A stretch of 64,000 bases of DNA, taken from the NCBI GenBank assembly GCA_009392815.1, contig VFFS01000055.1, forward strand, positions 66 to 64,065, given 5' to 3'. The notes under the pieces are model-generated. The model was given only the letters and a program-made list of their open reading frames with translations, had not been told where the DNA came from and did no database searches. The position numbers and the translations under genes are program-made. The stretch comes from SAR202 cluster bacterium. GTDB taxonomy: Bacteria > Chloroflexota > Dehalococcoidia > Lucifugimonadales > UBA826. Positions 19,838-29,661 of the stretch are shown piece by piece. How positions within the stretch are numbered: position 1 is the first letter of the stretch; each line of letters begins with the position of its first letter.

Positions 19838-20509
19838 ATGTACGGTACAGGAATAATAAAGGGCCTAGGCATCACCATGAAAAACCTGGTGATCCCCTCA
19901 CGGCAATTCAACATTCACCAATATCCAAATAGAAAAGCCAGCCCGGCGGACCTAGCGAAACTTGAAGAAAAAAACACTATATCTTTCTTGTTTTCCAATC
20001 CCATTAAATCTGTTAAAGCTTTAGTTGGTTTAGTGACTATAGAAGAACGTTTGCCACAACATGCAAGATTTAGAGGTGAAGAGTTCGCTTGGTATGACCA
20101 AAGATGTACCGGTTGTGCAAGTTGCGCCAAATACTGTCCACTAGGCATTATAAAAATAGTCACCGATACTAGCGGTGCTAATCTGCAAGAAGGTCAAAGT
20201 TACGACATAGAAACTTTTGATATCGATATAGGAAGATGTATGTTCTGCGGACTTTGCGTAGAGGCATGCCCCTATGACGCTCTCCACATGGGAAGTGGAT
20301 TTGAAGAAGGTACCTACCGCAGAAGTGAGCTGGTAATTGATGTCGAACGCTTAAGAAAGGCGGATAAAAAACCAAGCACATGGTTTAGGCCTCAACTTAC
20401 AGACCGTGGACACGATCCTATCAGAGGGTCTCAGGCGGACTGGGATGAAGTAGGAAGGCATGAGAAACCTACTGGAGACCAGCAGCGCGATAGGTGGGCT
20501 AAAAGATGA
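19838..20509 (+). CDS. nuoI: NADH-quinone oxidoreductase-like subunit I
   Basis: Two ferredoxin motifs CTGCASCAKYCP and CMFCGLCVEACP; RFRG. Confidence 0.94.
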   Translation: MYGTGIIKGLGITMKNLVIPSRQFNIHQYPNRKASPADLAKLEEKNTISFLFSNPIKSVKALVGLVTIEERLPQHARFRGEEFAWYDQRCTGCASCAKYCPLGIIKIVTDTSGANLQEGQSYDIETFDIDIGRCMFCGLCVEACPYDALHMGSGFEEGTYRRSELVIDVERLRKADKKPSTWFRPQLTDRGHDPIRGSQADWDEVGRHEKPTGDQQRDRWAKR

Positions 20510-21054
20510 TTTTAGGAGAAGGAACAGAAGGCGCACTAATAACTGAACTAGTGTTCTGGACAATAGCCCTGTCAACCGTGGTGTCAGCCATAGCAGTGGT
20601 TCAAATACGCGACCTTTTTAGAGCATCTCTTTTCCTAATAGTTACTCTTCTGGGGGTCGCTGGGCTATTTATTCTCCTGAGAGCCGAATTTCTCGCAGGG
20701 GTCCAACTGATGATCTATGTTGGGGCAATATCAGTCCTAATAATCTTTGCCATTTTAATGACCAGAGACCTAGAAGATGGAAGCACGGCTCACAATTTCC
20801 GAATTCCTGTGGCTCTGGTTGCTTTGATTCTCATGGGTGTCTCTATATACGCAATCTCTAATACAGAGTGGAATATCATAGGAACTGAAACTCTTAATAC
20901 CGATCAAATGAACCAAGCCGCCGACGTTTTTAGTAATGGCATCCCCACACTGGCAAAATTATTACTAAGAGATTTTGTCTTGGCGTTTGAAGTCGTGTCT
21001 GTACTGTTACTGTCTGCTGTACTGGGTTCACTTGCTCTTGTGAGAGGTCGCTGA
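20506..21054 (+). CDS. nuoJ: NADH-quinone oxidoreductase-like subunit J
   Basis: AEFLA.VQLMIYVGAI.VL..FAI, FEVVSVLLL. Confidence 0.94.
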   Translation: MILGEGTEGALITELVFWTIALSTVVSAIAVVQIRDLFRASLFLIVTLLGVAGLFILLRAEFLAGVQLMIYVGAISVLIIFAILMTRDLEDGSTAHNFRIPVALVALILMGVSIYAISNTEWNIIGTETLNTDQMNQAADVFSNGIPTLAKLLLRDFVLAFEVVSVLLLSAVLGSLALVRGR

Positions 21055-21056
21055 AT

Positions 21057-21407
21057 ATGACCTTAGAACGATTCCTAATTATTGGTGCAATACTTTTTGC
21101 GATCGGCCTGTACGGTGCTCTGTCAAAAAAACATGCGATAGCAGTCCTTATGTCATTAGAACTCATGTTTAACGGGGTTAACGTGACAGCTGTGGCTTTA
21201 TCACGATATACAGTACCCAAGGCACTTTCAGAAAGCTACCAAACCGTAGAAAACGCTGCTGGGTTTCTACTCACAGGACACGTATTTGCGGTATTCATTA
21301 TCACTGTCGCAGCTGCAGAAGTAGCACTGGGACTCGCAATAATAATTGCCATATATAGATCTCGCAGCACAGTGCTAGTAACTGAAGCCGCAGACATGAA
21401 AAAGTGA
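21057..21407 (+). CDS. nuoK: NADH-quinone oxidoreductase-like subunit K
   Basis: LMSLELMFNG, VAAAEVALGLAIII. Confidence 0.95.
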   Translation: MTLERFLIIGAILFAIGLYGALSKKHAIAVLMSLELMFNGVNVTAVALSRYTVPKALSESYQTVENAAGFLLTGHVFAVFIITVAAAEVALGLAIIIAIYRSRSTVLVTEAADMKK

Positions 21408-21423
21408 TGGATAAGTAAGCAAC

Positions 21424-21618
21424 ATGTGGATCGAATATATGAACGCCCCTAATCTCATTACAGCGGAAATGTGGAAAGACACATTTGAAGGCGAAGGGCT
21501 CGCTACAAAAATTATGCCTGAGGGCGAAATTACTGATTGGGCGGAACAAGTTTCCTACAAAATCTACGTTCCAAAGGGTCGTGAACACGTAGCCGACGAA
21601 ATTCTAAGGAAACTTTAG
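21424..21618 (+). CDS. Small DUF2007-like (PII-like fold) protein inside the nuo operon
   Basis: 64 aa; A.N...AEMWK..FE.EG....I...Y.IYVP....VA.EIL pattern; stop 1 nt before the nuoL start. Confidence 0.7.
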   Translation: MWIEYMNAPNLITAEMWKDTFEGEGLATKIMPEGEITDWAEQVSYKIYVPKGREHVADEILRKL

Positions 21619-21619
21619 A

Positions 21620-23704
21620 ATGTTCAATGAGCAACTAGTCTGGGCCATATTTTTTCTACCGCTGATCTCGTTCGCTTTAATATCGTTAATCATTAGGCCT
21701 TTTTTTAATCAGATCTCAGTGGTATCAGGACCTATAGCTGTTCTGTCTATCGGTGCGTCTTTCGTGATATCAATTATTACTTTCATTGAGACAACCATAA
21801 ATCACAATAACCCGGTTGGGGATCCAAAAAATTGGTTGACAATAGGAAACTTTGAATTACAAGTTGGGATCCTACTAGACCCTCTCACAGCCACTATGCT
21901 TGTAGTCGTGACGGGTGTAAGCCTCATGGTGCAAATATATTCCACTTTCTATATGAAAAATCCTGAGTCTCATCACGGGACCGAGAATCAGGATGGCAAG
22001 CGGGAGACACACTCCGCCAAGCCACCGGATGATAAACAAGAAGTACAACCTGCAGAACTTGGTCAGCCGGTATACGCAAGATACTTTGCATATATGTCCC
22101 TGTTCACCGCTTCGATGCTAGGGTTGGTGATGGCCTCTAACGTAGTTCAATTATTCGTATTCTGGGAGCTAGTTGGGCTCTGTTCATATCTTCTAATAGG
22201 CTTCTGGTTCCACCGCCCTGCTGCCGCTGCCGCAGCCAAAAAAGCATTCATCGTAACGAGAGTTGGGGACTTTGGGTTCCTACTCGCCCTAATGTATCTA
22301 TTTTCCAAAACCTACCAGGAAAATATTAACTATTTGGACATTCAGACTATAAATGATCAACTGCCGGGACTGGTTCAAGCAGGAACCCTGGGTGCTGGAG
22401 CATTAACCCTTATAGCAATAGGTTTTTTTGTGGGAGCAATTGGCAAATCTGGGCAATTCCCACTTCACACTTGGCTTCCCGACGCCATGGAAGGCCCAAC
22501 ACCAGTTAGTGCACTTATACACGCTGCTACTATGGTCACAGCAGGAGTTTTTTTGGTCGGGAGATTCTTCCCAATATTCCAGGCTTCGCAGGATGCCATG
22601 ATGGTAGTGGCACTTGTTGGAGGGATTACCGCATTGTTCGCCGCTACGATGGGGCTCGTTAGTAACGATATTAAACGAGTTCTCGCCTATTCGACCGTAA
22701 GTCAGCTTGGATACATGATGCTTGCGCTAGGAATAGGGGCCTATGGAGTAGCTATATTTCATCTATTTACCCATGCCTTTTTCAAAGCCTTGCTTTTTCT
22801 AGGATCCGGCAGCGTCAACCACGCAACCGGCACTTTTGACATGCGATTTATGGGTGGGCTCAGAAAAAAAATGCCTCTAACATATATCACCTTCCTAATT
22901 GGAAGTTTGAGTTTGGCCGGTATTTTCCCGTTAGCAGGCTTCTGGAGCAAAGATGAAATTCTCCTTAACTCGTTTATGTCAGGTACTGATGGGGGAGAAA
23001 TTATCAGTCTGATTGTGTTTGTACTGGCCATAATGGCGGTGTTCATGACTGCCTTCTACATGTTCAGGGCACTCTTCATGACCTTCGAAGGAGAATTTAG
23101 AGGAGGATCAGAGAAAGATCCTGAAGCCAAGCCTCACGGCCCCGTACATTTGGGAGAGTCACCGTTTCTGATGGTGGTTCCAATGGTAATACTGGCAGTT
23201 CCAGCTGTAATTATTGGATTCATAGCTAATCCACCAGGGAATTTGCTCGGCATAGAAGCGCATTGGATGGTTCATACACTGGACCATATGTACCACCTCC
23301 CCAAAGGGGAGGCGTTTAATATACCGCTTGCTGCTGTTTCCACTCTCGTGGCTTTATCGGGAATTGCCTTAGCAATAGCTATGTACAAGCCAAAACCCAT
23401 CATATCTGCAGAGTCAATTGGCAAAACTTTAAAACCTCTTCACACAATTCTGTACAAAAAATATTACTTTGATGAGCTCTACGAAGGTGTATTCGTACGT
23501 CAAATTTATTACAGAGGAATAGCGCTAGCATCCGACTGGTCTGATAGAAATATTGTAGACAGAATCGTAAACATTGTTGGGTGGCTGGGTGCAAATTTTG
23601 GAGGTCTGATAAGGCAATTCCAAAATGGCCAGATACAAATGTATGCCACCGTAACATCGATAGGAATAATAGTAATTGCCGCCATGTTCATTTTTGGTGA
23701 TTAG
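21620..23704 (+). CDS. nuoL: NADH-quinone oxidoreductase-like subunit L
   Basis: WELVGLCSYLLIGFW, KAF..TRVGD, GKSGQFPLH.WLPDAMEGPTPVSALIHAATMV, HAFFKALLFL, amphipathic tail. Confidence 0.96.
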   Translation: MFNEQLVWAIFFLPLISFALISLIIRPFFNQISVVSGPIAVLSIGASFVISIITFIETTINHNNPVGDPKNWLTIGNFELQVGILLDPLTATMLVVVTGVSLMVQIYSTFYMKNPESHHGTENQDGKRETHSAKPPDDKQEVQPAELGQPVYARYFAYMSLFTASMLGLVMASNVVQLFVFWELVGLCSYLLIGFWFHRPAAAAAAKKAFIVTRVGDFGFLLALMYLFSKTYQENINYLDIQTINDQLPGLVQAGTLGAGALTLIAIGFFVGAIGKSGQFPLHTWLPDAMEGPTPVSALIHAATMVTAGVFLVGRFFPIFQASQDAMMVVALVGGITALFAATMGLVSNDIKRVLAYSTVSQLGYMMLALGIGAYGVAIFHLFTHAFFKALLFLGSGSVNHATGTFDMRFMGGLRKKMPLTYITFLIGSLSLAGIFPLAGFWSKDEILLNSFMSGTDGGEIISLIVFVLAIMAVFMTAFYMFRALFMTFEGEFRGGSEKDPEAKPHGPVHLGESPFLMVVPMVILAVPAVIIGFIANPPGNLLGIEAHWMVHTLDHMYHLPKGEAFNIPLAAVSTLVALSGIALAIAMYKPKPIISAESIGKTLKPLHTILYKKYYFDELYEGVFVRQIYYRGIALASDWSDRNIVDRIVNIVGWLGANFGGLIRQFQNGQIQMYATVTSIGIIVIAAMFIFGD

Positions 23705-23715
23705 GAAATAGATAA

Positions 23716-25221
23716 GTGACAGAATTTTCAGGTCTGCTGACGCTGGCAATATTTCTCCCAATAGTGGGAGCGATACTTATTGCTCTCTTTTTGAACGGAA
23801 AAAATGCTAGAACCTTAGCCCTAATAACAACCCTGGCCGAACTAGCACTGACCTCCTATATCTTTTTGCTTTACGATAAAGAAAAAGGCGGATATCAACT
23901 TGTAGATAAATTCGAGGGGTGGATACCTTTCGATACTTTCAGAGTAGATTATTTCCTCGGGATTGACGGGCTCAGTGCCCCGTTGGTCTTACTCACAGGT
24001 ATTCTAGGAATTGTGGCCGTCTTCGCGTCATGGAGTGTCTCTGTGCGCATGAAAGAACATTTCATGTGGCTATTGGTTTTGCAGGGTGCGGTCATCGGAG
24101 TATTCACATCCTTAGACTTTTTCCTGTTTTTCCTGTTTTGGGAACTAGAACTTATACCTATGTTTTTCTTAATATCTATTTGGGGAACGGGTAGAAAAGA
24201 ATATTCAGCGATGAAATTCATAATTTTCACCATACTGGGAAGCGCGTTTTTACTTATCGGAATACTTTCACTCTATTTTTCTACCAACACTTTCGATATG
24301 ACATTGCTACCCGACAAAATAGCAGGCGCAAATCTTATTATGCCAGCCTCTGTTCTATTTTTTCTGACAATCATAGGGTTCGCTATAAAGCTACCAGTAT
24401 TCCCATTCCACACCTGGCTGCCAGATGCCCATACTGATGCGCCGACAGCAGCAAGCGTTATGCTGGCCGGAGTACTTCTAAAGATGGGTGGCTACGGAAT
24501 GTTCCGTGTATCAGCTTCAATGTTTCCCGAACAAATAGTCGATTATTCATGGCTCTTGGCAACTCTCGGACTCATCAATATCCTATATGGTGCCGCAATC
24601 ACTATAAGACAGACAGATCTTAAAAGGTTGATTGCATACAGCAGCGTGAGTCATATGGGATTTGTGCTGCTGGGAATTGCAGCAGCTAAGGGAGGAACCG
24701 CAGAGCTGGGCATGAATGGGGCTGCGCTTCAGATGTTTACTCACGGAACCATCACAGGATTACTTTTCTTGACGGTAGGATTCATTTATGAAAAAGCGCA
24801 CACGCGATATATACCCGATCTTGGGGGATTAGCCAACCGAATGCCTTTCTTGGCTGCAGGGTTATTAGTGGCAGGCCTTGCATCTCTTGGACTACCTGGA
24901 ACAAGCGGGTTTGTGGCAGAAATAACCATATTCATGGGTAGCTTTCCAGCATGGCATTGGTTTGCGGCTCTGGCTGCAATAGGGGTAGTTCTTACAGCAG
25001 GATACATACTATGGATGATACAGAGGGTAATGTTCGGGCCCCAACTGTTACGCCACAATAATCTTTCTGACGCTTCTATCCCAGAAATGATCCCAGTAGC
25101 AATACTAGTGGCTTCCATTTTAGTTGTGGGAATATACCCGGCTGTAATTTCCGATGTATTCAACACAGGTTTGGACCCTATAGTAGGTGAGATAACCAGC
25201 TACGCCATGGGAGGGAAATAA
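23716..25221 (+). CDS. nuoM: NADH-quinone oxidoreductase-like subunit M
   Basis: GIDGLS, FWELELIPMF, K.PVFPFHTWLPDAH, LKMGGYG, IAYSSVSHMG, GLPG..GFVAE. Confidence 0.96.
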   Translation: MTEFSGLLTLAIFLPIVGAILIALFLNGKNARTLALITTLAELALTSYIFLLYDKEKGGYQLVDKFEGWIPFDTFRVDYFLGIDGLSAPLVLLTGILGIVAVFASWSVSVRMKEHFMWLLVLQGAVIGVFTSLDFFLFFLFWELELIPMFFLISIWGTGRKEYSAMKFIIFTILGSAFLLIGILSLYFSTNTFDMTLLPDKIAGANLIMPASVLFFLTIIGFAIKLPVFPFHTWLPDAHTDAPTAASVMLAGVLLKMGGYGMFRVSASMFPEQIVDYSWLLATLGLINILYGAAITIRQTDLKRLIAYSSVSHMGFVLLGIAAAKGGTAELGMNGAALQMFTHGTITGLLFLTVGFIYEKAHTRYIPDLGGLANRMPFLAAGLLVAGLASLGLPGTSGFVAEITIFMGSFPAWHWFAALAAIGVVLTAGYILWMIQRVMFGPQLLRHNNLSDASIPEMIPVAILVASILVVGIYPAVISDVFNTGLDPIVGEITSYAMGGK

Positions 25222-25222
25222 T

Positions 25223-26695
25223 ATGAACCTCCAAGACATATATCTCATATCCCCGGAACTTGGAATAGGTGTGGTCGCAGCCCTTGTGATAATAGTTGAC
25301 TTACTCGTCTCCAATAAGAAGGTACTTCCTATTGTGACCTTAGTCGGGCTGTTGATCCCACTTTTTTTTGTCATCCAGATCGATATAGATGCAGGGTCTA
25401 AAACAGGTTTCTCCGGTACTTTTCAAGTGGACGATTTTGCCATCTTCTTCAAATATTTGATTCTTGGTTCAACCGCTGTTGTGGTCCTGTCCTCTACAGA
25501 ATATGCAAAAAAATTTGAGGGGCATCAGGGCGAGTATTACGCTCTGATATTATTCTCCGCTACCGGAATGATGCTTCTTGCATCGGCCATGGAACTGATT
25601 ACTTTATATGTTGCTCTGGAACTCACAGCGCTACCTTCGGCAGCACTAGCAGCATTCATACGCGAAAGAAAATCTGCAGAATCTGGAATCAAATTTCTCG
25701 TGCTTAGCGCAGTCAGCTCTGCAGTATTACTATACGGAATGGTCTTAGTTTACGGACTCACTGGGTCCACTCACCTTAGTGAAATTGGTTCGTCCATTAC
25801 CGCCTACGGATTAGAAACAAGTCCTGCCCTACTATTTGGAATAGTATTGATCACTGCAGGCTTTGGATTCAAAATATCGGCAGTCCCATTCCAAATGTGG
25901 GCACCCGATGTATACGAAGGAGCTCCAACACCGGTCACAGGATTTTTATCCGTCGCCAGTAAAGCTGCAGGCTTTGCTGTCATATTAAGAGTATTTTATA
26001 CATCATTCGGATTAGATGACGCCAATATTGACTGGGCCAACATGATCGCTGTGTTGAGTGCAGTATCCATGTCAGTAGGCAACTTAATTGCCATTAGACA
26101 AAACAACATCAAAAGGATGCTAGCCTACAGTACCGTTGCACAGGCTGGATATTTGATGGTTGGACTAGCAGCAATAACCGCTTTGCCAGGAGGCGATGAT
26201 AACGCGGGGCCAATAGGAGTGTTGTTCTACCTCGCGGGTTATGCCATGACAAATCTTGCCGCATTCAGTGTCGTCATAGCCGTCTCAAATATAAAGAACA
26301 ATGACTCAATAGAATCATTCTCTGGGCTCGCTAAGGGATACCCGCTAATCGCAGTAGCCATGACTCTGGCGATGATTTCCCTTATCGGCATACCTCCAAC
26401 GGTCGGCTTCATGGCGAAAATATATTTGTTTAGTGCCGCTATGGATACAGGACTTGAATGGCTAGCAATAGTCGGAGTGATCAACAGCGTCATTTCCGCC
26501 TACTACTACCTTAGGGTTGTGAAGGTAATGTTTCTTTCTGATCCCGAATATAAAATGGAAAAGTCAAAAACATCTTATGGAGTTGGGGCTGTATCAGCTG
26601 CCGTCATTGCTATGGTAGGAACATTTGTATTTGGAATATACCCGGCGCCGATTCTTCGAATAGCACACACTGCCGTTGAGTCCCTAATAGGATAA
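25223..26695 (+). CDS. nuoN: NADH-quinone oxidoreductase-like subunit N
   Basis: FKISAVPFQMWAPDVYEGAPTP, KRMLAYS, SLIGIPP..GF..K, SAYYYLR. Confidence 0.96.
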   Translation: MNLQDIYLISPELGIGVVAALVIIVDLLVSNKKVLPIVTLVGLLIPLFFVIQIDIDAGSKTGFSGTFQVDDFAIFFKYLILGSTAVVVLSSTEYAKKFEGHQGEYYALILFSATGMMLLASAMELITLYVALELTALPSAALAAFIRERKSAESGIKFLVLSAVSSAVLLYGMVLVYGLTGSTHLSEIGSSITAYGLETSPALLFGIVLITAGFGFKISAVPFQMWAPDVYEGAPTPVTGFLSVASKAAGFAVILRVFYTSFGLDDANIDWANMIAVLSAVSMSVGNLIAIRQNNIKRMLAYSTVAQAGYLMVGLAAITALPGGDDNAGPIGVLFYLAGYAMTNLAAFSVVIAVSNIKNNDSIESFSGLAKGYPLIAVAMTLAMISLIGIPPTVGFMAKIYLFSAAMDTGLEWLAIVGVINSVISAYYYLRVVKVMFLSDPEYKMEKSKTSYGVGAVSAAVIAMVGTFVFGIYPAPILRIAHTAVESLIG

Positions 26696-26804
26696 ACACT
26701 TACATGGCATCCCATCTGACTTGATTGGCTGTCTATAATATTTACAGATTCAGACCTCTATCCAATAGTTTCTTCTTAAAATACTTCTGCTCCGGTGAAT
26801 AAGT

Positions 26805-27707
26805 ATGTCAAACACAAAAAAAATAGCTTTCATTCATAATTCGCGAATGCCAGCAACGAAAGAGAAAGCAGAAGAAGTCATTCATGAACTTTCCCTGGAT
26901 GATAGAGTATGGGTTGCTTCTGCAGGCGATCTACCAGACAGCGCACATGAACTTGAAAATACATCTCTTGTGGTAGTCGTAGGCGGTGATGGAACTATTC
27001 TGAGAGCTATACGAGCGATAAGTCCTTTCAACGTGCCTGTAGTTGGTATAAAAATGGGAAAGGTAGGCTTCATGGCTGAACTAAATCCTGAAGAAGCAAT
27101 CTCCAGATTGCCAGAGTTTTTATCCTTCATATCCCAAGAAAACCAATCGGAAACGGCTATAAGAGTGGAAGAACGGATGATGATAGAGGCCAACATTATG
27201 CCTTCCTCCGGCACACAACCTCGTATAACAGTTCACGCCTTAAACGATATAACTGTCGGCACCAGTAAAGCAGCCAGACTTGTGGAACTGAAAGCATCAG
27301 TAAATAGGGTCCATCTCACAAACTACAGGGCAGACGCGGTAATAATATCGACTGCTACAGGAAGCACAGGCTATGCTCTCTCCGCCGGTGGCCCCATAGT
27401 TTTTCCAGAAGCTCAAATGATGATATTGCAGCCTGTGGCGGCCCATACTGGACTGAGGGATGGTCTCATCCTAGCCCCTGATTCATTAATTGAACTAGAG
27501 GCATCCGACGGATACCAAGCATCTATAAGTGCTGATGGATTTGTAGATTCGGTACTTGAGTCAGGGGAAAAAGTCATTATACGTAGAAGCCCTCATACCG
27601 CGAAATTTCTCAGGGCGCACCAACCAGATTTTTTTTACACTGCTTTAAACATGAGGCTTGGATTGGCATACCGATCCCAGAGACCACCAGAAGATCCTAC
27701 AACCTGA
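26805..27707 (+). CDS. nadK: NAD(+) kinase
   Basis: GGDGTIL, G.VGFM, ALND, AD.VIIST.TGSTGYALSAGGP. Confidence 0.95.
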   Translation: MSNTKKIAFIHNSRMPATKEKAEEVIHELSLDDRVWVASAGDLPDSAHELENTSLVVVVGGDGTILRAIRAISPFNVPVVGIKMGKVGFMAELNPEEAISRLPEFLSFISQENQSETAIRVEERMMIEANIMPSSGTQPRITVHALNDITVGTSKAARLVELKASVNRVHLTNYRADAVIISTATGSTGYALSAGGPIVFPEAQMMILQPVAAHTGLRDGLILAPDSLIELEASDGYQASISADGFVDSVLESGEKVIIRRSPHTAKFLRAHQPDFFYTALNMRLGLAYRSQRPPEDPTT

Positions 27708-27730
27708 CAAAAATTAAATCGTGAGTGGCA

Positions 27731-28267
27731 ATGGAACAAATAGATTCAGATCGAACAATTAGCTCCCAAATTAAATATCAGGGGAAGATTGTTAACATCA
27801 GAGAAGACACCATCCTATTGGAGAACGGAGCACAGGCTCAACGAGAGGTGGTAGAGCACAGGCCCGCCGTGGCTATTCTCCCTATCGATAGTGAAAATAA
27901 CGCACTATTAGTCAAGCAGTACAGGCACCCAACTAGTCAATATATTCTAGAGGTTCCTGCTGGATTAGTAGAATTGGGTGAAGAACCCGATGAAACTGCA
28001 ATGCGGGAGCTTCGCGAAGAGACCGGCTATGCCTCCAAAAACCTAAGACTCCTAGGGGGGCTTTGGTCAAGTCCAGGATTCACAGACGAATACCTTTATT
28101 GTTACTTGGCAAAAGACCTAGTAGAAAACAGATTGCCAGCGGACGAGGATGAGGAAATAACAGTCGAAAAAATTCCCTTATCCAGAGTTGATCAACTGAT
28201 AAAACTAGGAGAGATCCAGGACGCAAAAACAGTGGCAGTCATTTTAATGGCCACAAAACTATTTTAA
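27731..28267 (+). CDS. NUDIX hydrolase, ADP-ribose pyrophosphatase-like
   Basis: REVVEH, EVPAG...GE....A.RELREETGY Nudix box, SPGF, QDAKT. Confidence 0.92.
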   Translation: MEQIDSDRTISSQIKYQGKIVNIREDTILLENGAQAQREVVEHRPAVAILPIDSENNALLVKQYRHPTSQYILEVPAGLVELGEEPDETAMRELREETGYASKNLRLLGGLWSSPGFTDEYLYCYLAKDLVENRLPADEDEEITVEKIPLSRVDQLIKLGEIQDAKTVAVILMATKLF

Positions 28268-28298
28268 TCAAATAACATTGATCTTAAAGGAACAGATT

Positions 28299-29657
28299 AT
28301 GGCCACTCTAGAAGAAATGCTGGGACAAATAGATGACCTCGAAGAAGAACTCATCACCCTTGAGCAGGAGCTTGTCCGGATCCCATCTGTCAATACAGGA
28401 TCAATGCCAACAGGTAACGAAACACCTGTTTGTAACTACATTAGAAAATGGTTTTTGGATGACGGGATCCAATCGGATATTTTATTTAGGGACCCAGAAA
28501 GAGGAAACATCATTTCTAGACTAGAGGGAACCAGCGGAAAAACTGGACTGATTTTCATGTCCCATACTGATGTTGTACCAGTAGAAGATGAAACCAAATG
28601 GACCTATCCTCCTTTCAGTGCTGAAATACATAATGGCCGCATTTATGGACGTGGAGCTTCTGACTGTAAAGGACTACTCACCGCACAAATGATGGCAATG
28701 CGAGTTCTAAAGCGAAACGGCATCATACTGAAAGATAGCCTGGCTTTAATTTCCGGTGCCGATGAGGAACATGGAGGAAGATACGGTTTTGGCTGGCTCG
28801 CCGAAAAACATCCTGAAGTCTTGGATGCTCCTTTTGCGGTAAACGAAGGCGGTGGTACCCCAATAGAAGCGGCTGGAGCCTTAACTTATGTGCTCGGGGT
28901 CGGAGAAAAAGGAAGACTGCAGGTAGAAATTGATATCAAAGGAACAAGCTCACACGCTTCCGTTCCTTGGCAAGGTACTAATGCCTTGTATAGACTCCAA
29001 AAACTTTTACAGAGATTGGAAGAATATGAGCCTGAAAGGGATACAAGTACAAGTTTGTTTAACTACCTCTCCACGTTTGCAATAGAACACAAACCCTCCG
29101 CTAGCAATATAGATGAAATTATCCTTGAGCAAGAAGAAAATAATCCAAGATTCGCGTCAATGCTCAAGGCACTGTCCAGAATGACAATAACTCCTACCAT
29201 GATTAGTGGCGGGATCAAATCTAATAGCGTGCCAGAGGATATTCATCTGACATGTGATGTACGCACTCTACCGAATCAAAGTGAAGACTATTTGCGACAA
29301 GAGTTAGACAGTCTAATTGATGGAATACCCGGTATCGAATATGAGATCGACTATATGGCAGAACCAAATTCATCGGAATTTGAAACAGAACTTATGGCAA
29401 GTCTCCAGACAGCAACACAAAAGGCATTGGACAGAGATGACATCCAGTTCGTACCAGCCATCAGCACTGGATTTACAGATTCGAGATTCACACGCCCACT
29501 TGGAATTACAACATACGGATTTTCTGGGTCACACCCAGATGATGATCCGATGCTAAGTAGAGCCCATGGTACGGATGAGTCCATAGGTATTAAAAGTCTT
29601 ACTAGCGGAGCGAAGATTATGCTGCATCTAGCTTATGACCTTTTGGCAATGAAATAA
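28299..29657 (+). CDS. M20/M25/M40 family metallopeptidase/amidohydrolase (ArgE/DapE-like)
   Basis: SHTDVVP, YGRGASDCKG, DEEHGG, NEG, HAS, TDSR, AHGTDE. Confidence 0.92.
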   Translation: MATLEEMLGQIDDLEEELITLEQELVRIPSVNTGSMPTGNETPVCNYIRKWFLDDGIQSDILFRDPERGNIISRLEGTSGKTGLIFMSHTDVVPVEDETKWTYPPFSAEIHNGRIYGRGASDCKGLLTAQMMAMRVLKRNGIILKDSLALISGADEEHGGRYGFGWLAEKHPEVLDAPFAVNEGGGTPIEAAGALTYVLGVGEKGRLQVEIDIKGTSSHASVPWQGTNALYRLQKLLQRLEEYEPERDTSTSLFNYLSTFAIEHKPSASNIDEIILEQEENNPRFASMLKALSRMTITPTMISGGIKSNSVPEDIHLTCDVRTLPNQSEDYLRQELDSLIDGIPGIEYEIDYMAEPNSSEFETELMASLQTATQKALDRDDIQFVPAISTGFTDSRFTRPLGITTYGFSGSHPDDDPMLSRAHGTDESIGIKSLTSGAKIMLHLAYDLLAMK

Positions 29658-29661
29658 GTAA

